64,000 bases of DNA from Eledone cirrhosa (GCA_964016885.1 OZ024745.1:126542001-126606000); one strand, 5' to 3'; shown: positions 12,651 to 28,235, numbered from the stretch's first letter. The notes: generated by a model not told the origin, from the letters alone. Program-made: numbers and translations.

Positions 12651-13258
12651 TCAGGTCACCAGTTGGTGCTACTGGTAACATGTATCCCAGTACAACCTGT
12701 CCCATGGTCGGGTCGTTGGCGACTAAACTGGCAACCCCACCAAGGTTTCTTGGTGAGGAGGGTGACTTTGGACATCCTGCAGGACTAAAAACAAGACCTG
12801 TCAAAGGGCAAAGGAGCTCTTAAGAGTCAATGGCCATCCAAAATCACCGGGAGAGATGACCCCTTAGCCTTTGTCAAGGCAGAATTCTAGGAGAAGGAAA
12901 ACTCTGATATAACACCTGCAACTCTGATGGTATCCAATGATGTTGACTTGTTCTTCTTTTTGGTAAATATCATCTTGGTTAAGAGAGTGGGACTGGCTTT
13001 GTGCAGTGCCTTTGCTCACTATAAAAGCTTCACGGCACAGGCATTGCTTTATATCTGGAGATCTCTCTGCACTTGTCGTCACAGGGTACCATGACCCCAG
13101 CACTATGTGTCAATATTTGTCACAAGTGTGGTGTTTGTACCAGAGTTTTCAAGTCGCTGGCTGGACTAAAAGGTCACACTCGTTCAGTGCATCGGTAGAG
13201 GTTCTCCTATATGGATATAAAGTAGTGGCCGTACTCGAAAACGAGTTGGCAGCCACCA
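12651..13258 (+). mobile_element. Internally deleted RTE-type element (5' UTR plus C2H2 3' end)
   Basis: 5' part matches 32440-32775(-). 3' part encodes [25 protein letters not shown], then CTCGAAAACGAG hairpin and TATG tail. Confidence 0.7.
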
Positions 13259-13742
13259 TGTATATATATATGTATGTATATATATATGTATGTATATATA
13301 TATGTATGTATATATATATGTATGTATATATATATGTATGTATATATATATGTATGTATATATATATGTATGTATATATATATGTATGTATATATATATG
13401 TATGTATGTATATATATATGTATGTATATATATATATATGTATGTATATATGTATGTATATATATATATATGTATATATGTATGTATATATATATATATG
13501 TATATATGTATGTATATATATATATATGTATGTATATATATATGTATATATATATATGTATGTATATATATATGTATGTATGTATATATATATGTATGTA
13601 TATATATATGTATGTATATATATATGTATGTATATATATATGTATGTATATATATATGTATGTATATATATATGTATGTATATATATATGTATGTATATA
13701 TATATGTATATATATATGTATGTATATATATATGTATGTATA
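13258..13742. repeat. (TATG-TA) array with ~14-bp periodicity
   Basis: Direct reading. Confidence 0.95.
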
Positions 13743-13749
13743 GTTTCCA

Positions 13750-13999
13750 TTAATAAATGGAAACTATATTTATAAAACCATATTTATTTCATTATATATA
13801 TTTCAAGGATACCAAGTTAAATCATGGTATGCCTTCATCTTGGTATCCTTGAAATATATATAATGAAATAAATATGGTTTTATAAATATAGTTTCCATTT
13901 ATTGATACTGTATATCTACTCCAAATATTTGTCGAGTGCTTTATATCAGTTATATTAATATTTGCTTGTTGTATCCCAACAATTTAAATTGAACTTTTG
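13750..13999. mobile_element. Fold-back PLE family B terminal repeat
   Basis: Arms about 13752-13815 and 13839-13902. Left arm continues to the complement of GAUGA in the HHR core. Confidence 0.8.
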
Positions 14000-16270
<2,271 letters not shown>

Positions 16271-16639
16271 ATATAAGACTGACAGAGAGAAATAGGGAGG
16301 AAAACACAGTTGAAATGTATGGGTTATAAATGTTACGTGGAAGAGTGTATCTAAAGTGGTCTAAATAGTAATTATATGCTGTAAAACCGGCAAACACTCT
16401 TTCTGTTAGAATTACCACTAGTTCTGCAGATATAAATTAAATATGGAAAGGTTGCGTTAGATGATGACCTGTCCATTATACACTATCTGGAAATAGTTTC
16501 TTCATTGGTTCCTCTATGATCGGACAAGCTAAAGGTCTTGCCCCAAGCTACACTCACAATAAACTCGCTCAAGATTTCCTGCTTTGGAGTAAGGATATTT
16601 CAATAAGACGATTAAATGATAAATTGTAATCAATATATA

Positions 16640-16734
16640 TAAAGTGTGTCCCCAAAATATGTGTACACACTTTGATTATCTGTACAGATAATATTTATTA
16701 CAATGGTGTATACATTTTTTTAGGACGCCCTGTA
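16640..16734. mobile_element. ~90-bp Tc1/mariner-type MITE
   Basis: Imperfect TIRs ending ...GGACGCCCTG, followed by TA. Confidence 0.6.
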
Positions 16735-16804
16735 TATATAGTTCGAAAGTAGCATCCAGAAAATTAAGACTCAATATTCATGGTGACTCAATTTACACTA
16801 ACAA

Positions 16805-17247
16805 GGGTGGTGGATGGGCAGTATCAGTAGAGCGTCAGACACCATGATTTCCAGCATAGAGTTATGGCCCTTTACGTTATGTGTTCAAAACCCGCCGAGG
16901 TTAGCTTTGCCTTTCATTCTTGCGGGGTCGATAAAATAAAGCGCCAGTAATGCACTGGGGTCGATTTAATCTACTTACCCCCTCCCCGTCAAATTGCTGG
17001 CCATGTGCCTAAAGTAGAAACAATTATTAATTTAGCTTGAGAGTGGTGGATTGTTAGCATCGGTAGAGCGTCGGACAACATGGTTTGTGGCATATTGTTA
17101 CGTCCCTTTACGTTCTGGGTTCAAATCCCACCAAGGTTAGCTTTTCATCCTTACGTGGTAGATAAAATAAAGTACCAGTAACCTACAATTTAATCGAATC
17201 CCCCCCCCCCCCAATAAAATTGTTTGTCTTGTACCTAAACCATTATT
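16805..17247 (+). mobile_element. Two tandem SINE family 1 copies (long-tail variant)
   Basis: 16805-17026 and 17041-17247. A/B boxes and central domain present, with extra GATTTAATC..CCCC segment. Confidence 0.88.
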
Positions 17248-18025
17248 GATTTAGCTCTGTTGATACATTGTAATTTCCAATTCTAATCAACTTAGTCTAT
17301 TTATAAGTCCTAGGATTGAATGGAGAATGTTAACGTAGAATATTTATCTGATTAGCAGAACCTTTGGAAGAAACCGGGCATTAATATGTTATAATTTGAT
17401 TAAGATTCATATCTTGCTTATGAGATTTAGGTTTTGTTGATTACGTAGACATTGAAATATTAGGTGGGCGTTGTTTTATCGTCTTAAAGTTGTGTTTTTT
17501 TATGGCTGAGCAATCGTATTTGTGTGGTGGGTCTTGGTTTATTGTGTTCGTTTACTATTATTCTATGGCGAGGTGGGGTGGGTGTTGCAGCGGAGGTCGC
17601 TGGCCATTTTCCGCGAAAATGCTTTTGCAGTTTTGTCCGCCGTGCGCAACCCCAACACCATCGCACCCTAGACCCAAAGCTCACCCTCCCCCTTCCGCCT
17701 CTTCTTCTTCTTCCTTGCTTTTTCCTCCTTTTCCTCTCATTTATGGTTTTAATAGCCCTTTCTTCTACTTTCCCATACAATCAGATCTGCCCTTCTTTAC
17801 CGCTTCCCAATGTTATCATTACTTAATTTTGCTTTTAAATTTCCTTTCATATTTATGTAATCATCAATAATTTATTAGCCAACTTTGTGTAAAAAAATAT
17901 TAAGAATTATTTGATTATTTGTGGATTCAACACTGTGTCTTTATACTGAATAAACAAAGGGAAAGAGTTAACTTGAGGTACATGGTATAAAGGAAATAAG
18001 CGTGGCAACTGGTGGCAAGTGTTCC

Positions 18026-18078
18026 GTTTCAGAACATTCTGTTTCGAGAATTGTATCTCTCATCAGGCGGTGTGAAAT
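18026..18078 (-). ncRNA. HHR core with imperfect helix I
   Basis: CUGAUGA-GAGA-uacaau-UCUC-GAAA-CAGAAUG-UU. Helix I forms only as UUUCA/UGAAA with a bulge. Confidence 0.5.
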
Positions 18079-18418
18079 ATAAAATGCATATCTGATCAAC
18101 AGTATAAGTCTATCAATCATGTGAAATTATATATAAAACTGTTCGGAACATCTCTTGTCAGACGGCGTAAAAAGAAAAAAACCCATATGCGACCAGAACG
18201 GACAAATTATACGGAAAAACAGACCCATTTTCTATCAAATCCAATGAAACTGTCTTTCGTGGATAAGTTACCTTAAAGAGATAAACATGGGACTAACATG
18301 GAATTAACTTACTAGAGGTATACATACTCAGTAATTGGACATATAAATACAGGGTGGTCCAAAAGTCTTGTCACCCCTTGTCACATATTGTTTTAACTTT
18401 CATTATTTTTTGTTTTAA

Positions 18419-18610
18419 GGGCGGTGGATTGGCAGTATCGGTAGAGAGTCGGACACTATGCTTTGACGATTAGAGTTACGGCCCTTGCCATTCTGAGTTC
18501 AAATCCCGCCGAGGTTAACTTTGCCTTTCATCCTTACGGGGTCGATAAAATAAAGTACCAGTAATGCACTGGGTTATTGCTGGCCTTGTGCCAAAAGTAG
18601 AAACAATTAT
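18419..18610 (+). mobile_element. SINE family 1, subtype B
   Basis: A/B boxes. TSD approximately attattttttgtttta. Confidence 0.92.
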
Positions 18611-18664
18611 TTTTTGTTTTAATAATATATATAATATCATTAATTATAATATATAATAATAATA

Positions 18665-19355
18665 TATTTCGTTTCTGAATTTGTTTAGCAAAATTCTTTA
18701 TCTGAAATCGTTTGTTGAAACCGATATTATTATACTTTGGGAGGGTCATGTTGCCAATAAGAAACACACGCACCAGTTGCTTTCACTTCAATTTATTATA
18801 TATTTATAAATTTATAAATTTACAAATCTACAAACTTATAAATTTCTGGTTGGTTGGTTGGTTCCACAACCAGATAGTTGTTTATATATAGTCAGTCCTT
18901 TCGTCGCACACTCTGTGACCTCTTCAGTGACTGGGGATTCCTTTCTTTGTTTCTGTGCCTTTCCTTTCTTCTGTCCTACGCCATTTTGTTTCTGTGTGTG
19001 TGTTGTGTACTCAGTTTGCGCATGCGCCACATCCGGGTGTCTGTGTGTGTTTGTGTTCATTTATCTATTTGTTTATTTACACACAGAAACAAAATGGCGT
19101 AGGACAGAAGAAAGGAAAGGCACAGAAACAAAGAAAGGAATCCCCAGTCACTGAAGAGGTCACAGAGTGTGTGACGAAAGGACTATGACTATATATAAAC
19201 AACTGTCTGGTTGTGGAACCAACCAACCAACCAGAAATTTATAAGTTTGTAGATTTGTAAATTTATAAATTTATAAATATATAATAAATTGAAGTGAAAG
19301 CAACTGGTGCGTGTGTTTCTTATTGGCAACATGACCCTCCCAAAGTATAACAATA
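18665..19355. mobile_element. PLE family A inverted terminal-repeat pair
   Basis: ~275-bp arms 18725-18999 and 19079-19355. Matches the 3' UTR of the GIY-YIG fragment at 26265-26717. Confidence 0.9.
19146..19190 (+). ncRNA. Minimal type I HHR (family A)
   Basis: AGUCA-CUGAAGA-G-GUCAC-agagugu-GUGAC-GAAA-GGAC-UA-UGACU. Confidence 0.75.
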
Positions 19356-19633
19356 ATAATATAATTTTCTATTTCAGAGCTCCTACAGTTTGGAAGAGAT
19401 GCTGCTTGCAAGTGTATGGATACATGATCGTAGGCATTCTGGCAAGAGCATGGAGGATGTGCGACATGACTTCACTGCAAGATTCGGAAAACCAGCTCCT
19501 CCGAAGAAGACGATACTGCGATGGGAACATAAACTGTTTCTAATTACTTTTTGGTAGGGAGTGACAAGACTTTCGGACCACCCTGTACTCTAAAGGGTAC
19601 ATAGTCTCAGCGTGCAATACGATATTATATCCA

Positions 19634-20305
19634 CTAGCAAAAAACCACCCTTCGGGTGGTTTTCTGCCAGCATGTGTAGTGTGTATATTGATATTATACA
19701 CAAATATATATGCATATAAATAAAATCGTAATTGACAATATACACAGAAATTGAACGAAGACTGCATTACATTGTCTTCTGTAATCAGTAATGTAATCCA
19801 TGATACATTTTAAAAAAAGACGATATTATATATGAACTGCATTAGGAGAAAATTAGCGTCGTAAATATATGCGATTATAAGTGTTATAATATAACGGCCG
19901 CTAACCGGAAGTGTTGATATTTGACAATTTTAAATAAGTGAATTTTTAAATAAGCTATGAAATATATTTAATCAACAGCCACGAAATTTAGTAGATAAAT
20001 TATGTAATATTCATTCATTATTTATTCAAAGAGGGCGGTGGATTGGCAGTATCGGTAGAGGGTCGGACGCCATGCTTTCCAGCATAGTTACGTCCCTTTA
20101 CGATCTGAGTACAAATCCCGCCGAGGTTGACTTTGCCTTTCATCCTTACGGGGTCGATAAAATAAAGTACCAGTAATGCACTGGGTAATTGTTGGCCTTG
20201 TGCCTAAAGTAGAAACAATTATTTATTCAAAGTAATCCAACTTATTTTACAAACGGGATATATTCTGGATGTAGTCCCGCACTCCTTACTTTATTATAGT
20301 TTAGA
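19634..20305 (-). mobile_element. Non-autonomous Helitron with nested SINE
   Basis: A|TC 5' end, 3' hairpin AAAACCACCC-gaa-GGGTGGTTTT then CTAG|T. Second copy at 54150-54684. Confidence 0.85.
20033..20221 (+). mobile_element. SINE family 1, subtype A
   Basis: TSD attatttattcaaag. Confidence 0.92.
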
Positions 20306-21670
20306 TACAGTGAAAAACAACACAACAAAAAAACCCAACGTGTTAACAATTATGTAACGAAGTTTGCAAATTTGTTTTATTCATTTTTTTATTTTCTAGT
20401 CCTCCTGATGATGAATGGAACACATTTGTAACATTATCATAAACAAATATTCTGTTTACAAAATATGGAATTCTTTATTTAGTTTGTGCTTCTCTTCGTC
20501 ATTACGAACAAGCAGAATCTAATATGTTTATCAGAGTATGCTTTCTCCTAATATCCTGTCATTCGATACAAACTATAGAATGGACGTTGTTTTAAATCGG
20601 TGAAACCGCCTACGCTTAGATTTGCAACACGATAAGTTAGATACGAAAGAGTATGAGTTGATAAAATAATAAACACCAAGTGCAAAGTGTTATCGCTTGT
20701 TATGCCGCAACTGGATTGAAACCATGGCCTGATATTTGCGAAGATAACTGTTTAACTTTTCGACTAAGCTGTGTTCACAAATTCAGACACATACACAAAT
20801 CACGAGGCATCTAAACCTGTCCACGGACAAGACAGCAAAAGCATTCACCCGGACGATGGCCAGTGACACCCGCTGTAACAGCCACCCAATCTCGCGGGGC
20901 TCCCTCCTCAGAGGGGTCGCCGACGTTCCGATCTTGCGGGGAAACTCGCCAGTACGGGGTCCAAGTACACCTGAGGTCTCGATGGAGATTGGTGCGAAGA
21001 GTATTTGACTGGTATTTTTTTTTATCGACTTCGAAAGGCAGTGTTGAACTTAACGATATTTTAACTCAGAACGTAGTGAGGTGGAACGAATGTCACAAGT
21101 AATTCTGACAAGGCAAAGCAATGACAATAGCATGGGATCGATAAAATAAAGACAACTGAATTATTATGCCCACATGGAAGTTCCTGTCCACCGAGAATTA
21201 TGAAATCTTTTCAGGAATCGTTAAGGTTGCGGTTGAACAAAAGCAATATTTGAGAGGAGACAAAGAAAAACACGAAGGTGAAAGAAGGCACTGACCTATC
21301 GGTGAATTGCCATAAAGATTCCAATTCAGTTTATTAATAATGGATGGAGTTTCAGCCAAGAAATGTTGCCAAGAAATTCGTATGATGGATACATGCAAAG
21401 TTTGTGCTGATATCAATTTAGCTTTTACAAAGGTTTTCTCGGGTGGAATAAGTCCCAGGTGAAAGATAAAGCAGATCTTCTATAGATCTAACACTGCGAA
21501 AATGTTATTGAATAATGGTCGCTGCAATGTAAAGGAAAAATGGAAGATGATTAATTATGTTTGTCTCGATAAAATATGTTGGATATGGAGGCAATAGTTC
21601 TGTAGTTTGACAGGATCCGTGTAGGCGTGTGAATTATCACTCGCCTCAATTGAAATTGAACATTATTATC

Positions 21671-21850
21671 TGGCAGATTCGGTAGAGGGTCGGACGCCAT
21701 GCTTCGAGCATAGAGTTACGGCCCTTTACGGTCTAATTTCAAATCCGGCCGAGGTTAACTTTGCCCTTCATCCTTACGGGATCGATAAAATAAAGTACCA
21801 GTAATGCACTGGGATAATTTCTGGCCTTGTGCCAAAAGTAGAAACAATTA
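21671..21850 (+). mobile_element. SINE family 1
   Basis: Central domain and tail intact, 5' clipped. Confidence 0.88.
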
Positions 21851-23015
21851 TCTTTATTCAATCTAATTTATCATATAGATAAATATACATTTCTCTGCTT
21901 ATTGGTTGAATACCGGAGCTGTTGTTTCGTTAGTAAGTACTCAATACCTAGCATTATAGAACACTTTATAGAATTTTTTCTATGTTTTTTCCTTTGTTTT
22001 CTATTCTTTTTACTTTGGGTTTTGTTATTCAACACATATTGAAATGAAATATGATGGGACCAGATATGTATTTATAGTAAAAATTACGAGAAAAACAGAC
22101 ACACAAAAACAACAACCTTCAACCCAGCCTATACAACCAAATAAGAACTCCAGATATACTGAACTAAATGAGAATATCGGGTATGTTGGATATCAATGTA
22201 AGGGGAAGAAAGGAATACCTCTAGAGCAGGCATGGGCCGCAAACGCTAATTTACATTCAAACCCACATTAAAAAGAAAGGTGGTAACTCAGGTTATTTTG
22301 ATTTGTTTCTTCAGAATTCGTACACGTTGTTTTCCTCGGTCGTAAAAATGATAGAAAGATAAATTATGACTGAAAAGTTGGGGTAAAAAACATCAGAAAG
22401 ATTTCACTTAGGTGACTTAGGCGAACCATTCAGGTTGCCCATGACTGATCTAGAGAATAAAGAAAGTATGGTCGTCAAAAATCTCAGCCACGATCACAGC
22501 ACCGTTGCAGTGTATATACCATCTCGTAATTCTGGCCTTCTGAACTGGTTAATACACCAGTATAGCAAAATAGATGTAAGAACTTGGAAACTACTCAGAC
22601 GTAGTTACTGGGAATTTTGAAATTAACGTATAAGTTATATTGACCATGTGTATAAATTATATTGACCATGCAAGCAATGTGACCGGGATCCTTACATCTT
22701 TATTTATATAATATGAGCCTGGATTATAACACAAAAAGAACATATCTAACACGGAAAGAGGCTTGCTACGAACTTGATCAAGTTTTTAAACACAAACATA
22801 AAAACATCATTAGGATAACAAATGAACTTGAGAAGAAAGATTAAATTAAAACGAGCACACTTTCTTTTCAATGAACATTAGAAAATCTTAACGAGTTGAC
22901 TAACGAGATGCCCCCCCCCCCCCCCCCCCCCCCCCAATAACAATTCACATGTGTCGTTGAACATAACACTCAGACTATAAAGGTAATAAAACTCACTGAA
23001 AACATAAAGTACCCA

Positions 23016-23340
23016 CATCATTTAACGTCTATTTTTAACGCCAGCATGGTTTAGGACGGGCTGTGCCTTTGCAAGAGATCAGGTCGGGGGACCGTGTTTC
23101 GCTGAAACAGAACTGATTTTTGCTTGGTTTCTACAGCTGGATGCCCTTCCTAATGCCAACTACATTTACAGTGTGTGCTGGGTGCTTTTTGTCGTGACAC
23201 CTACATGACCACTTTACAGTGTGGGCTGGGTACTTTTTGTCGTGTCGCCAACACGACCACTCGATAGTGTGGGCTGGGTATTTTTTTGCCGTGTCGCCAA
23301 CACTACCACTCTGCAGTGTGGACTGGGCGCTTTTTGTCGA
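23016..23340 (-). mobile_element. SINE-like element with TTGGCATTAGGAAGGGCATCCAGCTGTAG box and 4x ~43-bp subrepeat
   Basis: Repeated cagtgtgggctgggt..tttttgtcgtg. Box resembles a conserved SINE central motif (from recall). Confidence 0.65.
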
Positions 23341-23571
23341 ATTCCTTAACCTATGCTGTTTTCACTCATGAAGTAATAATTTATTGTCCTGAAACAGAAG
23401 TTGACTTTTAAGAAAACGAGGAAGGTAAAGTTGTAGCTCTCATGCCTTTTCTCACAAGCATTATTAACGTGAATGAGAGATGGCGTGGTTCCATTCGTGT
23501 ATGAAACATATCAGTTTTGGGATTCTTTGATTCGCAACAAATGTCTATATATTGCTACATATGTCTATATC

Positions 23572-23797
23572 TTTACCCTTTAGCATTTACATTACTCTAT
23601 ATTTACTATTGTATTTTTAAGGTAAACACTTTATCTCATAATTATCTCACATAATATCGAATCTACAAAATCTTGTTATTATTTATTTTGAAGGCAATAC
23701 CTTAACATCAGTATTAGCGGCTGGTTACAGCCACTTTTAACAGAAAGAGGTGAGAGAATTCTGGCCGGATATGGCCGGTTTAAATGCTAGAGGGTTA
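23572..23797 (-). mobile_element. piggyBac-like MITE
   Basis: CCCTTTAGCATTTA ... TAAATGCTAGAGGG-TTAA. Confidence 0.8.
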
Positions 23798-24647
23798 AGG
23801 GAGAGGGATAAAAGGTTAATTGTAACGCTCATGGCACTCTGAATAGTAATATTGTCGCAAGTAAAGAGAATTGGCTTCAACGAAGATTCTATACTGGTAG
23901 AAACTAAAACCTGTTGTGTTGTGAACAATATCCAAAACAACAGTTAAAACATACAATATAAACTTTCAAAACTAATCCAGATTTCTGTAAAGATAAAAAA
24001 TGAATAGTAAAAAAGAACAAAAAGAAAAGTTACTAGAAAAGAATGAGAGAGAAAAAACAAAATAAAGAGAGCTAAAGGAAGAAAGGAAAGAAAAAAAAGA
24101 ACGAAGATAAAAAAGCATGGAAAATAAAAAGAAGGAAACAAATAAAAAGAGAAAGAAAGCCGACAAAATATATAAAGAAATGGAGTCAGTAGAAAAGAAG
24201 ACAGGGAGGATAAAATAAATGAATAGAGAAAAGAGAAGATACAAAACAATATGCTGAAGACCTATATCAGTGGATAGAGGGTTTCCTAGATTTCAATCTA
24301 AGTCTTATTCAAATTAGTTCAAAGATAATACTTATCAGCTATATCAGATTCCTAGATCTCGGTTTGTTAGATTACTTCTGTCATGATAAAGTCTTTACTC
24401 GAACGATATGGACACTCGTACTTAACAAGAAATCGACAAGTTGTGACAGATGGTGAGTATTATATATATAGCCCGATAAATCAATCCTATTTTCTTTTTT
24501 ATCGGCATATTTGATAGATTGTTATTGGAGTTTAAATGGTGGAGATATTACCCTTTAAAACCTAACAGTAAACAACTCAATTCCATTGCCTGAAAACAAA
24601 AACAAAAAACAACTCTTTGTTGTGCTTCGGGCTGAGGAGGGGAGCTC

Positions 24648-24840
24648 AGACCTGTCAACTCTCCCCGTCCGGTGGGGAGATCTCCCACCCACGTTGGGGT
24701 TGTTTAGCGATGACTTCTCTTGTGAAAATGGGTATAGCTTTCATTATGTTAAATCTCTTCATTTTGCCTCATTTCTCCCCGCTTTGGATCACTTTTTTTC
24801 ATTGTAATCCTTTTGGGGTTTTTAACGATTGGCAGGTCTG
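24648..24840 (+). mobile_element. hAT-like MITE copy
   Basis: CAGACCTGTCAAC...TTGGCAGGTCTG. Confidence 0.78.
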
Positions 24841-24849
24841 TAAACTCTC

Positions 24850-25145
24850 CAAATATCGGTCACTCTCAAACAGGTGTGCGGTCAAGCCCGTAGAAGTGGA
24901 GATTTCTGGTGTCTTTGGCCCTAGGGCTACCTCCCTACCCACTGCCATCGGCACAGCGTTGACTCTTCTAGCGCGGCACCCTCACCATCCTCTGGGGAAA
25001 ACGCCTTCTCTATCCTGTTCGCTCGGGCCGCGGGGGGGGGGGGGGGGGCTTGGACCCCCATTTGCTCATAATGGTGAGAGATGGGGCGGATGGGAGAGAC
25101 GGAGCCAGTGGGAGTTTGGTACCTTTGTGTTCGGAGCTGGTGTAT
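24850..25145 (+). pseudogene. 3' end of RLE-type (CRE-like) non-LTR retrotransposon
   Basis: KYRSLSNRCAVKPVEVEISGVFGPRATSL...LTILWGK followed by frameshifted NAFSIL. Confidence 0.75.
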
Positions 25146-25200
25146 AAGTATATATTTATTTACCGTACCACATATATAATATATATATATATATATATAC

Positions 25201-25825
25201 ACAATATATAGAGAAACACACAGATACATGCGGACACATACATACATATGAATATATCCACATATATCCCTGAGTTAGTGGTACCAACCTCAACTGATGT
25301 TGCTCTATGAATAACTGGGACAAACCAATCCGAATGGATTAGACTGATTCTGTATCAGAGCTATATAATACATTATGAAGAGAGAAGAAACATTAGATAT
25401 AATTAGTAATAAGATATATCATACCTAAACTGCTTCTATAGTCCCCGACTACGTAGTTTCGTGGCATTAAATACAAAAACACTACATCATTAAGGGTTTC
25501 AAAACACGTCTGTGATGCGCGAGATAGAATCTCGAAAAGGCGGAGGGGGAGTCAATCACGTGATACAGCTGTCAAGAAACAAAGCCAAGCCCCTTATAAC
25601 CCTGAAAAAAATACCACGGAGGCGGAGGGGATATTTATATCAAAGCTGTAGAAGAGGTGGTTTGAGGAGGCGAGAAGTATGAGTAATGGTAGCTATCCAG
25701 CAGTCACTACACTTGAAAGGTTACTCGACCAAAGGGAGTTATAAACAATATATAGAGAAACACACAGATACATGCGGACACATACATATACATGAATATA
25801 TCCACATATATCCCTGAGTTAGTGG

Positions 25826-25827
<2 letters not shown>
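25201..25827. mobile_element. Non-coding element with ~83-bp direct terminal repeats between TA tracts
   Basis: 25201-25283 is near-identical to 25745-25827. Confidence 0.7.
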
Positions 25828-25889
<62 letters not shown>

Positions 25890-26231
25890 GTGCACAACAA
25901 CAACTACAATATAAGACTCATTTCTTTGACACGGGAATTTTAGATAATTATCTGCTGTCTGTTTTCTATCCCGAAGCTATTATACCATATCATATCCCAT
26001 ACCATATGTATTATGCAGATGTCTTTCACATCTCCTTTTACAAACATAACTTCAGCCAGGTGTTATCAATCTAAAGACTAAGACGAACGCAAATTGTAAT
26101 GCCCGTATGAACAAGTGAAATCTGTCTTCCATTGAAAGAGTGCTAGATACAGGGTAATACGGATATTTTCTGCTCTAATTCATATCAAACCACTGTTTTC
26201 TATAATTTCTATTTTACTTATATGTACACAC

Positions 26232-26267
<36 letters not shown>

Positions 26268-26475
26268 CGTTTCTGAATTTGTTTAGCAAGATTCTTTATC
26301 TGAAAACGTGTGTTGAAACCGATATTGTTATGCTTTGGGAGGGTCATGTTGCCAATAAGAAACACACGCACAATGCTTTCACTCCAATTTATTATAAATT
26401 AAATTTATAAATTTAAGAATTTATAAATTTCCGGTTAGTTGGTTGGTTCCATAACCGGACGGTTGTTCATATATT

Positions 26476-26518
26476 GTCAAAGTTCTTTCGTCACACATTC
26501 TGTGACCTCTTCAGTGAC
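26476..26518 (-). ncRNA. Minimal type I HHR (family A)
   Basis: GUCA-CUGAAGA-G-GUCACA-gaaug-UGUGAC-GAAA-GAAC-UU-UGAC. Confidence 0.75.
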
Positions 26519-26717
26519 TGGGGATTCTTTTCTTTGTTTTTGTGCCTCTCCTTTGTTCTGTCCGACGCCATCTTGTTTTTGTGTGTGTTGCGTGCTTAGT
26601 TTGCGTATATGTTACATCCGGGTGTCTGTGTGTGTTTATATTTGTTTATTTATTTGTTTATTTACATGTTACTGGTTGGTTGTTTGTTCTATGTGCGTGT
26701 GTGTTTTCATTTTGTCC

Positions 26718-26987
26718 TTAATTGTAAGTTGTGATGTTACTATTCCAGTCATGTTTTCTATTTAATTTTGGTTGGCGTTCATTTATGTTTATTGCCTCTG
26801 TGATTTGTCTAAACATTGCGTCTTTTCTGTGTGTAGATTCTATTTTTATTTCTATATTCTCTAATTTGCCCTTATGTTCTATTTTAGCATGTTGGTGGAG
26901 TATTGATGATTCTTTTTTATCTTGAAGTTCTCGCCAGTGTTCATTTAACCGTTCTCCTATAATACGAGCTGTCTCACCTATGTAGAC
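26718..26987 (-). pseudogene. GIY-YIG endonuclease C-terminal fragment
   Basis: VYIGETARIIGERLNEHWRELQDKKESSILHQH...MFRQITEAININERQPKLNRKHDW. Not in the ORF track. Confidence 0.9.
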
Positions 26988-27668
26988 TATAGTCTTATTT
27001 TTACAGCTAGAAATAGCAGCCGAGTCCGTTCAACAGAAAAAAACTCTACTAACAGAATATACAGGAGCCGTAAATATTACCAAAATTAAATCATAGATTT
27101 TGTCAGTATTTCCATGCAGTATGTCAAATGCTTCGACTGTTGATATTGTTCTTCCGTTTAAGCAGTTTTTGTAATTACTTTAATTCTATTTATATATTTA
27201 TTTGTCATGGACATTGTTGACATTTTAATATTTTCTCTCATACATACTGAATTTCTGCTATCATATGCCTGCATATATTATGCATGGTACTTCGCTCCTC
27301 TACATTACGTCGCCTTTTTCTCCCTTTGTTCCTATTCCACTCAAAATTTAAATATTTTAGAGGTAGAGGAGAAATGTGGAGAAAAAGCAACCCGCCCTTT
27401 CAAGTTAACAGTAAAACAAATAAGTGAAATGTCAAAAGCAATTTACATTCATGTTAAAATTTAGCAAACTAAAGTGAATCGTTATCTGAAGAAGTTATAA
27501 CAAAAATATATAAATGGACAAGAATTATAACAAAAATATATAAATGGACAACTATAGTTGAAATAGCTTTTTCATGTTGAAAAGGTTTACACTATGCCTT
27601 TTCAATTGCCATTGTAAGGAAATAAACGTTTAAAATGAAGCAGAAAGGTATATATCGTTGAGACGTGG

Positions 27669-28045
<377 letters not shown>

Positions 28046-28046
28046 G

Positions 28047-28235
28047 TAATTTCAGCGACATCGAATTTCGGCAGTGGTCGAAAACAAAGCGAAACGCATT
28101 TTCCGAGTTATGCAGCAAGCGCTCCATGGACTAAAAAAAGACCAGAGCAAGAAACATAGGTTATAGAGGCCAAACAAACTGAGAATGGCGGTCAAGAAGC
28201 CATCAGCCACCCAAGCTAAACAGGTCAAACAAAAG
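28047..28235 (+). repeat. Interspersed repeat abutting (TA)n (family E)
   Basis: Reverse complement of 51868-52052. Confidence 0.75.

Larger units (their letters stand above)
18350..19585 (+). mobile_element. Non-autonomous Tc1/mariner-superfamily element with nested SINE and PLE palindrome
   Basis: TA TSD, ~29-bp TIR CAGGGTGGTCC(A/G)AAAGTCTTGTCAC. HTH remnant YSLEEMLLASVWIH...FTARFGKPAPPKKTILRWEHKLF follows a tttcag acceptor-like site (19378-19540). Confidence 0.9.
26265..26987 (-). mobile_element. 5'-truncated Penelope-like element (family A)
   Basis: GIY-YIG end, then 3' UTR with HHR, then terminal repeat abutting (TA)n. Confidence 0.9.

Noticed and set aside
19641-19663. Rho-independent terminator-like hairpin
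   Set aside because: Better explained as the Helitron 3' hairpin preceding CTAG on the minus strand.
21180-22900. Possible ancient LINE endonuclease remnants
   Set aside because: Only scattered motif hints (VVTGNF, SYIDHV) amid many stops. Not supportable without an HMM search.
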